A stretch of DNA of 64,000 nucleotides. It comes from Paraspadella gotoi (Eukaryota; Animalia; Chaetognatha). The notes below the pieces were generated by a model. It saw nothing but the letters and a program-made list of their open reading frames with translations. It was not told where the DNA came from and did not search any database. The position numbers and the translations under genes were made by a program. Positions 1-41,376 of the stretch are shown here, one piece after another. The DNA is taken from the NCBI GenBank assembly GCA_051294375.1, contig CM119268.1, forward strand, positions 12,188,356-12,252,355, in the 5' to 3' direction. The first letter of the stretch is position 1. Each line of letters starts with the position of its first letter.

Positions 1-415
1 CGTCCAGGAGGATGAGCAGGGAGGAGTTGAAATTGGCCGAGGAGGAAGAGAAGAAGGAGGAGAGAAGGTGGGCGAAGGGGGAGGCGAGGGGGGGAAGGAG
101 GAGAGGGCCGTGAATATTTTTTTCTTTAGAAACGAATCGTTGAAGAGATAAAATCTTAGTTTGGTCTTTATTTCATTTTCAATTTAGCCAATTCGCAAAT
201 ATAAATATATCAAATGGTTATTTCCGAGTATTCCAATCAATAAACCAATCTATCAATAATACAACTTCTCGGCCAATGAATTAGTACGTAAAAAGCTCCA
301 TTTAAAAGTCTATTAGTCAATGATTTATTTAATCAATTTAATCGTTCAATGTAGTAATTATCCATCAATCAGTAATTTCTTCAATCCATCTACCTATAAA
401 TTATATTGACTCCAG

Positions 416-4107
<3,692 letters not shown>

Positions 4108-4754
4108 GTTCGTGGTCGATCGCTAGTGATAGTGAGGCGTCAATGGATTTGGATGGTAAACTTGTGTTTTAACGTTACTAGTTTATTGTTTATCCTTTAT
4201 CGTTCTTTTTGTTAATTTTTTGTTTTAAGTAGGTTTTGATTATGACGCAGTTGTCAATGGCTCTCTTCGAAATCCTTGGGATTTCCACAATTTTGTCTCG
4301 GCATTTCTTATAACGCCGACGTTTGCAAATCAATCTAATTTATGGGATTTTAGTTTTATTATTATAAAAAAAATATGATTTAATTTTTATTTAAATTTCA
4401 CCTTCCAAAAAAAAAGGGAGAATGACTAATTTTCGCGACTGACATTTCGTCGAGTTTTTTTTTTTTCTCCATTTTTTTTTATATTTTGAATTATCATTAA
4501 AATTCTCTTTTTTGTTCTCACGACTTTGTGGTTTTCAACTTTATCTTTTTAATCTCTTCAGAGAAAAAAAAAAGAAAGGAAATTTGAAAAAAAAAAAACA
4601 GAGAGAGAGAAAAGTTAGAGAAGCAAACAATTTTTGGCGAGTCTTCTCTTTTTCTTTTTCGAATTTAGAGCAATACAGATTCTCTTTTTCTTTCCATAAA
4701 TAAATTCGTGAATCATGTTTTTTTGGGAGGAAAGAATTTCTCCGGCGACGTTGA

Positions 4755-15362
<10,608 letters not shown>

Positions 15363-16355
15363 CTTAGTTTTTAATTCAAAGTTTTTTTGTTTATTTATGC
15401 TGAAAAAATATAATGGAAAGCAATCCGGCTTGGGTAGTCTTGTCGCGCTTTTAATCCAAATATTTCTCAGGTAAAACGACGTAAATGTGTTATAATATAT
15501 GATTATATATATAAGTTATATAAAAAATTTAAAAAAAAACAACAAAAACAAAATATTAAATTTAATCCACCAACAAAAATTAGAGAATGCGCCAAAGAAC
15601 TTTTCGCGTTCGAGTTTGTTTTGTTTTTTTCTTTTTCAAAAATAGGGAAAAAAAAGTAAAAAAGAAAATAGAAAGAAAAAGTGTTGGGACTCTGGCCGAC
15701 GGTGACGGGGACGAAAGACCGAAAGCAAGTGAAATCGGAATTTCGGTTTTTGGATGGAACCAACGAAGACGAGATGGGGATGAGTTCGGAAACGACGACG
15801 ACGACGACGACGACGACGATCCTCGGAATGTTCAGACAAAAAAAAATGTTTGGCTTTACATTCAACCCTTTAGCATAGCATGATAAGACTAAAGATGTTT
15901 AAGAAGATGACAACGAAAGGGTCGGTGAAGGCAACGGTTCTGCAATGAAATTGACATTGGACAGCAATATATACGAATGCAGAGATGAGCAAAGTCGACT
16001 GAAAACGTTACGACAGACGAAAAATAGAATTTTACCAATAAAATAGAATGAATTGAAAAGAAAAAAAAATTATGTTTACCAAAAAAAATTACAAGGATTG
16101 TTTGAGCGATAGCAACAACAACACCGAAAAACAACAACAACATTTAAACCGCAAGATTTTAAAAACGATTGGTTAAAAGATTGAGACGATTGCGACGACG
16201 ACGACGACGACGACGACGATGATGATGAAGATGAAAATGATGATCAAGACGACGGAACCCGGGGGATCGAGAAGGAATAGGAAAAGCCGAGGATTGCAGC
16301 GATCCTTCATGATCTGCAGATTGGAGACATCGCCGATTCCGAGATAGAGAGGGGG

Positions 16356-16407
<52 letters not shown>

Positions 16408-17222
16408 CACTGAGAATTTTCTTTAGCCGGTCATCGGAGTCTCTTACATTGTCATGTTCTATATATTCTGTTTCTCTTTTGTTTTCTGATGGAACAAGCC
16501 AAATCGATTCGAGGAAGTAATAAATGCAAAGCGAATTTCATTTGACAATCTACGTATGGCTGACCACTCTAAAAATTATTTAAAAGCTGAAAGCATTCAT
16601 AAGGAGTCGCTTAAAAAATGAAGGATCTAGAAAAACAACAACAAAATAATATTAAAACTCATATTAGTTGCAGGACAAACGCGACGGAAATTACTTTTTC
16701 TCATTCGAACCAGTTCACTCTTTACGAACATAAAACGGAGAGCCGAAATAAAGAATTAAACGTCCGAGCTTTACTTTTGTTATCATTTTCTGATCATTTC
16801 GTGAAAATATCGCCAGGTGCTGCCATGTTCCAATTACTGACCTTTTGTTTATTAAGGAGCGCAAAATCAGCATGAAATAGAATGAATCAAAACTATTGCC
16901 TATACTAAAGCCAAAAACTTTTTTTTATTAATATATACTTTTTAAAATGTTAATTTCCTCATTTGGTGTTTTTATTGTCAGCGATGTTATATTTTTGTAT
17001 TATATTTTGTAACATTCACTAGAACAAAAAGCATTTCAATGATGTACTTGGTATGTTATCCTTAGTAAGAGCATGTTATGTTATCCTTAACTATACACCT
17101 ACTTACACAAACCTAAAATTGTCCTTTAAAATGCACAAAAGTACTTAAAAGATAAGCTTTGATAAAAATATTGAGGCGAATCTCTCTTCCCTTTCTCACA
17201 GAAAAACACTACGACAGATCCT

Positions 17223-17263
<41 letters not shown>

Positions 17264-18061
17264 TCTTTCTTTCTCCCTGGCAGGCGACCCAGTCAGCTGC
17301 TGTTTGAGACACTCCGGTGCTAATGCACTACAGTATTTTCATCAATAATTGATTATAGCTTTTGAATTTTTAGGTGAAATTTTTTATTTTTTACAATTTA
17401 TTTAATAGAATGTAAGTTTTTATTGCAGCTAAAAGGAGACGATATGCAGTTCTGTGATTTTTCCGCCGATGTATTGTATTTGAGTATATTCAGCTTAAAA
17501 ATAAAACAATTTATTATATAAAGTAATTTATAATTTTACAACACTGTTAGACGGATTTCTATTTGTAGTTATATATTTATAATCAAATTATTGCCGTAAT
17601 CCTCATCCCCGTTTATTTGGAACTATATGCTTTGAGGAAAAGTGTGATCAAAATACTGTACCGTTCTTTTATTTGCGTCGAAAAACCAGACAAGCACATA
17701 CACGTATTTTCATTTTTTTGTAATGTTTTTTTATGCTGGCAAAACTGAGGGAAATGCCAAATCAGTCTTGACTCAATTTATCATCTGATAACCTTTATAT
17801 CTATCAAGTTCTTTGCCTTTTAAAAAAAACCAACAGGTCCACAACCTGTTAACAATCTAACAATCTCAAATTTTGGAAATGCAGCATTAGATTTTAAGTG
17901 CAATGACCCCGGACAAGAGATATTATCTTTGAAATCATTACAATTACTTTACGTTCACAACTGCGCATTCACTTTTTTTATTTGATTTCACTGCTCTACA
18001 CAATTCTCTTTGTTCGCGGTTGAAAATCGAATCGTCCGTTGCTCCCTCGTCACTGACCGTT

Positions 18062-18186
<125 letters not shown>

Positions 18187-18245
18187 ACAGGAGGTAAAAA
18201 AGGATGATGAAATGTTCAAATCTGTTGCTCCCTCGTCACTGACCG

Positions 18246-18322
<77 letters not shown>

Positions 18323-18507
18323 TCTCCATATCACAGGAGGTAAAAAAGGATGATGAAATGTTCAAATCGGTTGGACCAGACTAGAGTCGAACTCAAAGAT
18401 CGAATCCTCTTGGATCTGCGATCGTGAAAACAAACAAAATCGACGAGTTTCTTCTTGTTTTTCTCTGACTGGGATTTTTTCTTTCTTTGCTCGGATCGAA
18501 AAAAAAA

Positions 18508-31165
<12,658 letters not shown>

Positions 31166-34122
31166 GAAAAAGAAAAATGTGGAAACGAGTTTGTGACTCT
31201 GGATGGAATTGCTAAGGAGTCGAAAGATCGTCGTCGTGTTTTAACGCTGGAGATAGATGCGATAGATGGAACGCCTTTGTTATCCGCTGAGACAAACGTC
31301 GAGGCAATGGAATCGGTCTTTGGTCTTTGGAGACCATTGGACGCGGCTCAAATGCGTCAATCTTTCTATTTTACGCACCTTCTTTGTTTTTTCTTTTGGT
31401 TTTTTTTCTTAGTTTTCGATAAAAAGAAAACGACATCGGACGATTTTACTGGTGTTAGTTTTTCCTTTTTTGTTTTTGTTTTTGTTTTTCCTTACCAAAA
31501 ACGGGTCAAGCATACTTTTTTTGTTTTTCTATCGGGCAAAGAAAAAAATTATGTACTTTTTTCAATTGGTTATTGGACGTCTAATTTATTTCTGCAACAT
31601 TTGAATGATACATTCTGTTTCTGTGTTCTTTCCACAAGTTTCTTTTTTCGATTGGATGTTCTACTTTTGTTTTTGCTCAATGATGTTGGTCAATATCAAC
31701 CACTTTTTCCACTAATTTGGTTTTTATTTTTATACATTTTTTGGTTTATAGAAAAACCAACTTTGTTTTGGCGCCTGGCGATTATGAATCAAAGATAATA
31801 ATATTCTTCGCTGTATCTCTTTTTAGTACCTCTAATTCTCAGTCTGCTTCTACTCGTAAGTCTTACGCCGACTGAGTTGACCGGAGGGAAAAACCTATCC
31901 ATTGTTGCTTCGAACTACTATAAATCTTACTAATATGTACATCAATAGTTGTCATGGGATCGATTGCTATTCAAATTCAATTTCTGTGCCCTGATTAAAT
32001 AATCACGACCAAAATCACTGCTTAGAAATCGTGGGCTTTCAAAGTTTGTCCGGCAATCTAACTTGTAATGTAGGTATTTTTTAATAATAATATTTTTTTT
32101 AATATCTTAATGATAAATCTAAGTGTTTAAAGTGTAAAGATTTTTTATTTCTATGAAATTTATATACTTTAAATAAAACCCATCACCCATGAACTGTTTT
32201 GTAAATAAACAAACAAGTGCTTTTAACTTTATTAAACTTTTTGTAAATTTAATTTCATTGTATTTTTTTCAGAAAATACCAATATGTTTTTCATTTTGTG
32301 ATTTCGGGAAAAATAACTTTTGCTCGACCAAAATTATATGATTCACTTAATATTTGCATTTTTTAAAAAATATTATTGTCTCTTATTTTCAGTAATTTCT
32401 GTAAACATGTTACAATGGTACGTAAGAATAAATAATTATAGATTCAGAGCCTCACAGCATTTTAACAAATTTGATTTTAATTGATACAAGACTTTTTATC
32501 ATTAATATTTATGGATATTATGTCTTAAAACAAGAAAAACAAAGAATAATTTGTTTTAAAAATCTTCCTGGCATTATCGTGGATGAATGTTTTTAAAAAG
32601 CAAGCTATTTTGCTTTCATAAGTTTTCATTAATGTTTATCCCCGAATCGTTGTTGAAAGAATGAAGAGTAAAACTCTTTTTTGATGGTCTTTTAATTCAT
32701 AAAGGCTCATTGAACTGTTAAAAGTTTGTTTCGCCAATTACGTTGTTTTAATTGACTAAACGGAAGCATTGTATACCTTGATCGCACAATCTTAATTTGC
32801 AAAACTGCCTATGCATTCGCATGTGCGGCTTTGTACATACCAAATCTGCAAATACGTGTAAGAAAAGAATATAACGTTGCAATGATTAAAATATGTGTTT
32901 TTTTTTAGAAAAAAAAATCTAGTTTTAAAAAAAATTTTTTTGAGTATTAACAAATTTGTAAGTAAAGTATATTCAACTTAAGTCGAAGGGAAAAAAGGTA
33001 GAATTTTGGACATGGGGACGTCAAGAAACTAGTGATGTCTGGATGATGGTTGAGAACGATTACGCCCGCCTTTTCTCACCACATCACTCTCACTCACTTT
33101 CTCTTCTCACTCTCTATCACGATACACCATGTGATTAACCCCTTTGTGCAATGTGCATGGTTACAAATGGATCTCGTTATAATCTTGTCTTTTTTCCAAC
33201 GTGTCTCCAATGATGATAACTAGCATACATTGTCAATGGCGCGTATTATCTTACTCATATTTTTGAACGGAATTAATAAAAAAAAAGACAAAATTCGATG
33301 AATTCATTAATATATTACGAATTCAACAATTTGTTCGCTGCGCCTTCCAACCAGACGCTACAAGCAAAATATTCACAAATAATATTTTTTTTTGTCCGAC
33401 AAAAAGAAACTGAAAAATAAAAATCGCGAAACGACGAGAAAAGATGAGACTGAATTCGGTTTTTTTTTGTCCCGCGAGACGCAGTCCGATTCCGTGAAAT
33501 CCCTTTTTAGTCACTGGACGATTTCGTGAAATATACTGAAAAAATATTGGAGGTGAAAAGCTACGTAATAAAAAAAAAAAAAAAAACTCGAAGAAAAAAA
33601 AAGCGAGAAAATTTAATACAAAGTGTGCAGATACTGATGACAAATGAAAGATGAAATTATCAACTTGGACGTGATAAACAATAACAGATGACCAATGAGT
33701 CTATATATACTGAAACAATAACAAATGCTTTTAGCAGCGATTCATCCGCTTTTCAAAAATAATCGAGAAATAATTGGATGATTCTACATCGAAATGATCT
33801 TCTTTTAACAAAAAAAAATTCATAAAACCAATCTATAAACAGAAGGAAGACAAAACTGACGTAACGCGACGTTTCTTCAACATGAAACCTTTTGTTCGTT
33901 TTCTATTTTGTCTTTCCGGCGGGGGCAAAAAAATTAAAAAGAAATAAACGCGTCATACGGCAAATATCGTTGAGAATTCTCAAACTAATAATTATACAGA
34001 TTTTGTTCATAAATAACATGCAATCAATGGAAGTACATGTCAATAATTAGTAACATAGATATACTGTGCATCAAGCTTGTAATGATGAACGTTGAAAATA
34101 AAGGAAAAAAGGAAATGTTTGG

Positions 34123-34213
<91 letters not shown>

Positions 34214-36611
34214 ATGAAAACAAAATCTCAATCGTTTTTTTCTCCCGAACGACGAGGAAAAGGGCAAACCTCAAGATCGCAGGGGTTTTACAACAATGAA
34301 AAAAAAATGTCAAACAATTCATTTTTAGTCGAGAGATGATCGAAAATCATAACGGTTCTATAATATGAAATTAAAAAGAAATAATTATTTTCAGATGGAC
34401 GTCAGCGAATCCGGTTTTGCTGCTTACAGGTGAGAAAAAGAAAAGGAAAAAAATATGTTTATTGGATCAATACGACCAAATTGAAACATAATGTCATTGT
34501 AAAATATTATTCTTATCTTTATTTTTTCTCACCTGAAAAATAACGTGGAAAATAGATATAGAATAAATGGAAAACCATATACATTATTTTCAAAAACCAA
34601 ATTCAAGTAGTAAAATACAAGTTTTTTTTACGGAAAACACATTGTACATATTGAGAAAGAACGTTCGCATGACGGATGTTACAGAATGTATGTATTAAAC
34701 TTCCTTTCCTCAAAAACGTTGATTTAAAAAAAAAGTTGTCCAGGTAGCGGTAGTATTTCATACCCTGCTACATCCGTGATCTAAAAGTTAATTAAATGAA
34801 TTAAAAACGAGAATGAGAAAAGGGTTAAAATATCTTTAATGGAGACAAATTTAAAAATAATAAATGCCTATGTTTGAGCGAAACCTACACAAATCGAAAA
34901 CATGAGATGCTTTCGTCGGCAAACGAAAAAGGCATGAGTAAAATGGTGACTAGAATTCAGTAATGCGAAAGATACTGTTCCAATTTTTTACGTTGATACG
35001 GTATCTAGTTTATAGGAAAATGAAGTGTCATGTATGGCAATGTCGATATGCAGTAAAATTGATCACAAAAACTGCGTCTTTTTCGGACTTTCCGCATTAG
35101 GCCCGGGTTTTTTTTTTCTGTGTTTCTTTCATTGTTTTGTTAAAGAATGCTTAAAAAAACGTGGGATCAAAAGAAAAAAAAACATATGCCACTTTTTAAA
35201 GAAAATTTAGTAACTTCTATAATCTATATTAATGCATTCCTTGAATAAATATTGCGTTTTGATCGATTTTGTAATCAACTATTCATCAACACATATTTCT
35301 AGAGAAAATTTCGTCAAATGCAGACAGAGAGACAATTTTATACAAAGAAGACAACTAAATGAAAAACTAAAACTATGAACGGTTTCGCGATGCAAGTGAA
35401 TTTATAGGAAAATCTTGTCGGGATTCCTATAAAATTAACTATTGTAAACTTCAATCACGTTTGGGGGATAAATAAAGGAAAAATGTAAAAGGGGAAAAAA
35501 ACTGTGGGTTCTTGCCCAGTAAAATTAGTTTAAAATCTAATTTTTTTCCCTAAGTAAAATTGGCAAAGGAGGTGATAAAACGAAAAAGAGAGATAATCGA
35601 AAACTTGGAGGAAACTATTTCAAAGTAGGATGCACCAAATGATTTAAAATAACTGGAACAAATACATTGCCAAAGGTTCCATGCAATAGTAAAAAGTCTG
35701 TGCAGAGGAAATAATTGAGAATAAATGATTGTGGGTTTTTAATGATTTTGAAAAATTAAATTAAAAACAATGGACGAATCTAATAAATAGAGTTTAGAAG
35801 ATTGTTGAAAGAAAACCGTGCCATATATATTCATTAAAAAATTATATCAAGGACCATAAAAACTGCCATACGGCAGCCATCATTATCCATTGAAAGCTTT
35901 ATATAAATATTTCGCTGTTTGATTTCGTACATACAATTAAATACTTATCTTAATATATAAATGCAATAGTTTAGTTTTGCTGATCCTTCTTTTTATTCTC
36001 ATGTTCAGCCTTATAAAAAAAAAATTAGTGTTTTTTTATCTTCTTTCAACATCCACATAATTTTCATTGTGAATTTATAAATTTAAGATTTTATATTTTT
36101 ATAAGAACCGACCTATGAAAAGAACCATAAAAAAGCGTCGCTGCTTTGCTATAAATAACCCAAAAACAAAAGGCATTTTGGGTCATTAGTCTTCGAAAAG
36201 TTCATAAATCTGAACAAGTTATTCGTTATTTAGCTTTAACTTTAACCTTTTAAAATGAACCTTTATCATGACATTTTAAACCTATTATATCACCAGTCCA
36301 CATCATTGGTTTTCCCCTTTGTGCTCAGAATCTAGAAGAACTTATATCCGAAGAACAACTAATTCAATTTTACATTGTCCTCATCAAAAACCGAATTTAC
36401 AAAGTAATAAACTAAAGAAAGTCATATTTGACATGCTATCACTCATGACGTGAAAAAAAAAACAAAAAAAAACAAGAAATCTCAGGAAATAATCAAAGCT
36501 TAAAAAAAGCAATTTAGATCAGGTTCGAATAAAGGATGCATTAAATCAATGGTAAAGTTTTTCTCAAACTAAAACGAATATGTCATGTAGTATTCTCTCT
36601 CTTTCTCTCTC

Positions 36612-39600
36612 CTATTCGGCGTTTGAAGTCGGAGTCGGTCCGCTGGTCATTTGGCCCGGCGCTTGCAACGGCGCTTGCAACGCCCCCGCCTAATACAAAA
36701 TAAATAACTACTCTAAATGATTATAAATTGATAAATTAACAAATAAAAACATATCGACAATTTTATTAAAGATTTAAAGATTCGTTTAAAATTTCATTTA
36801 AAAGAAATTTAGTAACATGGACGATTTTGTGACAAGTTTTCAACCTAAAAACTCAGAAAATTTATAGAAAACCCTGTTATAAACGAGAGTCATATTTGAC
36901 ATGCTATCACACATGACGTGATGTGTCCCTGTACTACTGGGAAGTATTTTTGAATCGCGACATGAACAAAATTAATGTTGTCATTAATGATAGTATCAGA
37001 AAAATATTCGGATTCAACCGATGGAAGAGCATTAGAGAACTACGCAGTGTATTTGGTTACTGTGACATTCTTATCATGTTTAACCAGCGTAAAAAAAATT
37101 TAATTTTATTATCTACTGTTCGAAAAATCTTGTTCTTAAAATATTTTTTATGATTAAAATATTGTCCTCTATAACTATTACCTTTTTTGTCTATAATGGT
37201 AGTTTTCACTCAATCATTAACCTTGTTTGTATTAAGTTTTTAGATTTGTTTGTTGCTCATGTAACCTCGTTTAATTCGAAATAAAACACATATTTAAATA
37301 AATTTAACAAAATAAAAGGCCACCTGAGGAGATGTGGCGGCGGCGGCGGCGGCTGCGGCATATGTAGCAATGGATGACGTCGGCATAAAACCGCCGGCGA
37401 CGGCCCCGTACAAGTGAGCTACAGGGGCGCCTAAATATCCATCGATTATATTCAATCAGTTGTTTAAAAATGAATTATTTAATTAACAAGTCAATTTAAT
37501 TTTCATTTTCAATTTTTTTCATAAACAATAAAAATAAACAACATAAAACCTGCATTGGCAAGATGTGCGGCGTGTTGCTGTTGGTGCTGGGGTGTTCCAT
37601 TGGTTGGCTGGACAGCAGACGCGTAGGGATTTGACAAAGTTCCTAGGTCATGAAAATCATAGCGTCATTATAAAAACAAATTTCATAAACGTAAATTTAA
37701 TGAATAGAATTGAAGCGAATTGAATTAAACTGAATTGAATTGAATAGAACATGAAAAAAGATTTTGTCTTAACTGTTTTTAGGCGTATTTTTTTTTATAA
37801 TTGACAAATTATCAAGTAGTTTATTTTTTTAAAGGAAATGTGATTTAAAACTAATACGTATATCTTACCGGAAGGAGCTTGAGAAAGACCATACAGCGCT
37901 GCCTCAGGTGAAGACGCGTGAGCGGGAAGAAATTGAGATCCGGTCGGAAGATAATACTACCGAAACAAAATAAATTTAATTACTATAATAATAATAATAT
38001 TTACAAGGATACTACTTTCGGACGCGCCGATGATAATCTTTAAAAAATATAATGGTTGCTATACTATTCGTCTTTAAACTTAAATTAAATTATCGTTATT
38101 TTATTAAGTATTATATAAATTAACGACATCTTACCTGAGTGGCGTGGGGATTTATCCACGCGGCGCCGCTCGGGGCCGATGTGGCGACCGTCGGCGTCGC
38201 CGCCGCCGCCGGGTTAAACTGCGCTGCAGCGGCGGCAGGGTAAAGGGTCTGTGCGGCAGCCGCGGGATGGTGTGTCGCTGGAGCGGCGGGAGAGTGAGTC
38301 GCCGGAGTTATGCTGTCGAAAGCGAAATTAAAACACGTTTACAAACAAAACAAAAAAAAAAACAACATTGTCATTTAAAAAGACTTCAGAGATGTTCTTG
38401 GAGAATTTTATTGTTAATTTCATCTTTAAATTCCCCTCGATTACATTTTTTAAGCAAAGGAGAAAACTGGAACTTAGAGAAAGGAATAAACATTTGTCTT
38501 TGGTCTAATGAAATAAAAATAACAAAAAAACATCCACCTGTAACGTGGGAAAAGCCCGGAAACAAATGGATTAGCAGCTGCACCCAAAGCGTTTTGCTGC
38601 ATCAGCGCCGCCGCAGCAGCTGCAGCGGCGGCTTGAGTGGCGTTGTCGTAGCCGATCAAAAGTTCAGCGCCGGCCGTCCTTGAGAAAAAAAACGAGTTTA
38701 AAAAGATAATTTATTTCTACGTTTGTCGTTTCCATATTTCATTCTTTATCATCTCAATCGAATTCCTCTTTCATCCTCTTTCATCAAAATGTAAGTTTCT
38801 CCTCTATTTAGACGAAAATTGAGTAAATATTAAATTTTATTTACATTAGCAACAACGATAGTATTATTATATAATATTATTATATCGCATTTTTGTTGCA
38901 AGGCAAGCCTTCATCAGCGCTTTTAACAGTTTTAACAGTTTTAACAGTTTTAACTGTTAAAAGCGCTGATGAAGGCTTGCAACAAAAAGCCGAAACATGT
39001 ACGATTACTAATCCTATGTCCTATTGTAAATAAAATTCAATATTTACTAAATTTTCGTCTAATCTCAAACGCAACGAACTGAAAGAAACTACACAAGGTC
39101 CTCCTCCAAAGAACACTACGAACCACCCCAAGCCGGCGAACCCTACCGACCTGGGATCCACCCCCGCCGCCAAGGCCGCCGCCGCCGCCCCCCAAACCCC
39201 CGTGATCTTCTTGCGGCGGCTACTGCTGTCGGCGAACTTGACGAGGAGGGCTTCCTTGGATCCCGGAAGGAGTTTGCTGTTGAAATCCTTGATGACTTTT
39301 TCGCAAATCTCCGTTTTCTCCATTCGAGCGAAACCCACGCCGCGGCTGCAAAGAGTTGGGTGGACAAAGGGAGAAAGAGGAGAGAAAAGAAAATGAGGTA
39401 GAGAATTGCAGTGATTATGTACATAGAGTGACATGATAGTGACTGGACCTTTGAGAACTTTGCTTCTCTTCCTGGATAAATTATTAAATTTAATTCGAAT
39501 TTTCAAAATAAATTCCGTAAAAATACAAGCATAACGAATCCTCTCTCTTTGACTACCTGATGCCGGCGTTGTCCCTCAAGATTCTAGTGGAGATGACGCT

Positions 39601-39990
39601 TCCATAATAATGCAGCATTTCTTCCAGGTGTTTCTCCGTGAAGGTCAGCGGAAGATTTGCTAGATAGTATAAAGAATGATTATAATTATATACTACTCCA
39701 AATCTAACGAAGCTAAATGAAAGACTTAAATTATGAATGAATTTTAAATTATCTAAAACTCCCTCAAGCAACCTTTATTTAGTATTTTCTCATATTGTGG
39801 TTTTCAGCAATGTATCCGGCCGATATCTCTCCTTTTGGTTCGAAACTGTTAACCGAGAGGTGTTCAAAAATAGAAGGATCTCACCTATATAAAGATTGGT
39901 GGGTCTTGTTCCTTCGTTCTCATCATGAGGCCGAGGTGCCCCCCTGATCCTGATCTTTTGTTTCCGACTCCAATTCTCGGTTTTTGACGT
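36612..39990 (-). CDS. RBMS: RNA-binding protein of the RBMS1/3 / alan shepard / SUP-26 family: RRM2 plus Ala/Pro/Gln-rich tail; 5' end not resolved
   Basis: Exons ~39990-39885, 39659-39557, 39345-39151, 38678-38538, 38312-38135, 37956-37869, 37642-37550, 37430-37324 and 36689-36612 (TAG) splice in phase. They encode (EQD)[80 protein letters not shown], which is diagnostic of RBMS/shep RRM2. A likely 1-bp deletion lies near 39903. Confidence 0.9.
36925..37290 (+). mobile_element. 5'-truncated LINE 3' end (CR1/L2-type ORF2 C-terminus), antisense in an RBMS intron
   Basis: [41 protein letters not shown]...RKKN resembles post-RT thumb segments. It is followed by a T-rich UTR and AATAAA near 37280. 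Confidence 0.55.
38890..38988. repeat. Inverted repeat flanking short (TTTAACAGT)n repeats and carrying the hammerhead arm
   Basis: gcaagccttcatcagcgcttttaacag is the reverse complement of ctgttaaaagcgctgatgaaggcttgc. tttttgttgcaag pairs with cttgcaacaaaaa. Confidence 0.85.
38960..39006 (+). ncRNA. Minimal type I hammerhead ribozyme (Penelope-associated type)
   Basis: Sequence aaagcg-CTGATGA-a-GGCTT-gcaacaaa-AAGCC-GAAA-catGTA-cgatt. Both catalytic boxes are present, with a 5-bp stem II, a palindromic ACATGT stem III, a GUA cleavage triplet and an imperfect stem I. Confidence 0.68.
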
Positions 39991-40687
39991 GAAATCAACA
40001 CGAGGAAGAGGCACGCGTGCGTCGGTTTAGTTAGACAATAGAATTTCGAAAGAAAACGCGTCGACTGTTGAAGTAATTTTGTTTTGCTTTTTTGTTTTCT
40101 TTTTTTTTTTTAAATTTCCGTCGTGTTATTGTCGATGGCTAGGTGACGTTTTGTTTTCGACCGTCGTGGTATCACAGATGCTGAGGGGAATGAGAGACGG
40201 AATCCGTGTCAATCCAAGTGCCGCGTCCTATAGAGTTTTAGTTTTTTTGCGCTAACATGGGTGACTCAACTAAATTTATGGAGTAGACAATTCTGGAGAG
40301 AGAAAAAAAATTTAGTTTGATGTGTGTGAATCGAAAAAGAGAATCAGAACAGTCACGGAAAAAAGGAATGACGCCTCTAAATGCATCATGAAATGTAAAT
40401 AAAAAGGAAATAAACCAATTTTTTTTAAACCATAGTAGTTAAAATTATAAAAAGAAGAGCAAGAATACCTATGAAGCCGTTAAGAAACCATATAAACCCA
40501 AAATAAATACAACAGAGATGTTTCAGTTTGAGTTCAAATAAGAAAAAAAATGTTGTTGCTGTTGTTGTTGTTGATTTTGTTGTTTTTTGTTTTTGTTTTT
40601 TTAATATAAATACTACGAGTAACCATTGTTTATCGCCGCTTTAATAGTCGTTGTCATAACCGAAGCCTCTGCAGTTAATGATCAACC

Positions 40688-40728
<41 letters not shown>

Positions 40729-41050
40729 TAAGTGAATAGAAGATTCATCACATTCCCCATTTTTCTGGGAGTGATGGCCGAGCAGTAGAGATGAATCGGT
40801 GTCATATATCTCGAATCAAAATTTTATGGTTCCACTGGATTTTCGCTGGAGAATCGATGGAGGAAAAGAGAGGAAACGAAAGGAGCGGAGAGGAAAAAGG
40901 GAGGAAGGGAGGAAAGGAGAAAGGAAAAGGATAAAAATATAAAGGAAATAAGGAAAAGAGGGATTTGAAAAAATTGAACGGAATGTATTAATAAATTTGA
41001 TGAAAAAAAAAGTTCATTGTAGTACAACGAACGGGAAAAAAATATAGAAA

Positions 41051-41189
41051 GCTTGCAGAAACCTGCTATGTTATTATCTTGTAAGTGTGATGGAGGCCTT
41101 AAACCACCAAAGCCTGTCCAAAGTCAGGGACAAGATAGCTTATTTATTAAATGAATGGATAATTTTTATATTGGTTGTACCAATTTCAT
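41051..41189 (+). repeat. Copy of the ~140-bp dispersed repeat
   Basis: gcttgcagaaacctgctatg...ggttgtaccaatttcata matches 3660-3742 followed by 3421-3487. Confidence 0.8.
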
Positions 41190-41267
41190 AGAAAAAATAA
41201 TAAATAGTGAAAAAGAAAAAAAGGAATTAAGAAAAAAAGAAAACGCTCAAAGAAAGAAAGAAAAATA

Positions 41268-41327
<60 letters not shown>

Positions 41328-41329
41328 AA

Positions 41330-41376
<47 letters not shown>

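Noticed and set aside
18350-18430. GGATGATGA as a C/D snoRNA C-box
   Set aside because: No convincing D-box or terminal stem; it is probably PCMTD1 5' UTR.
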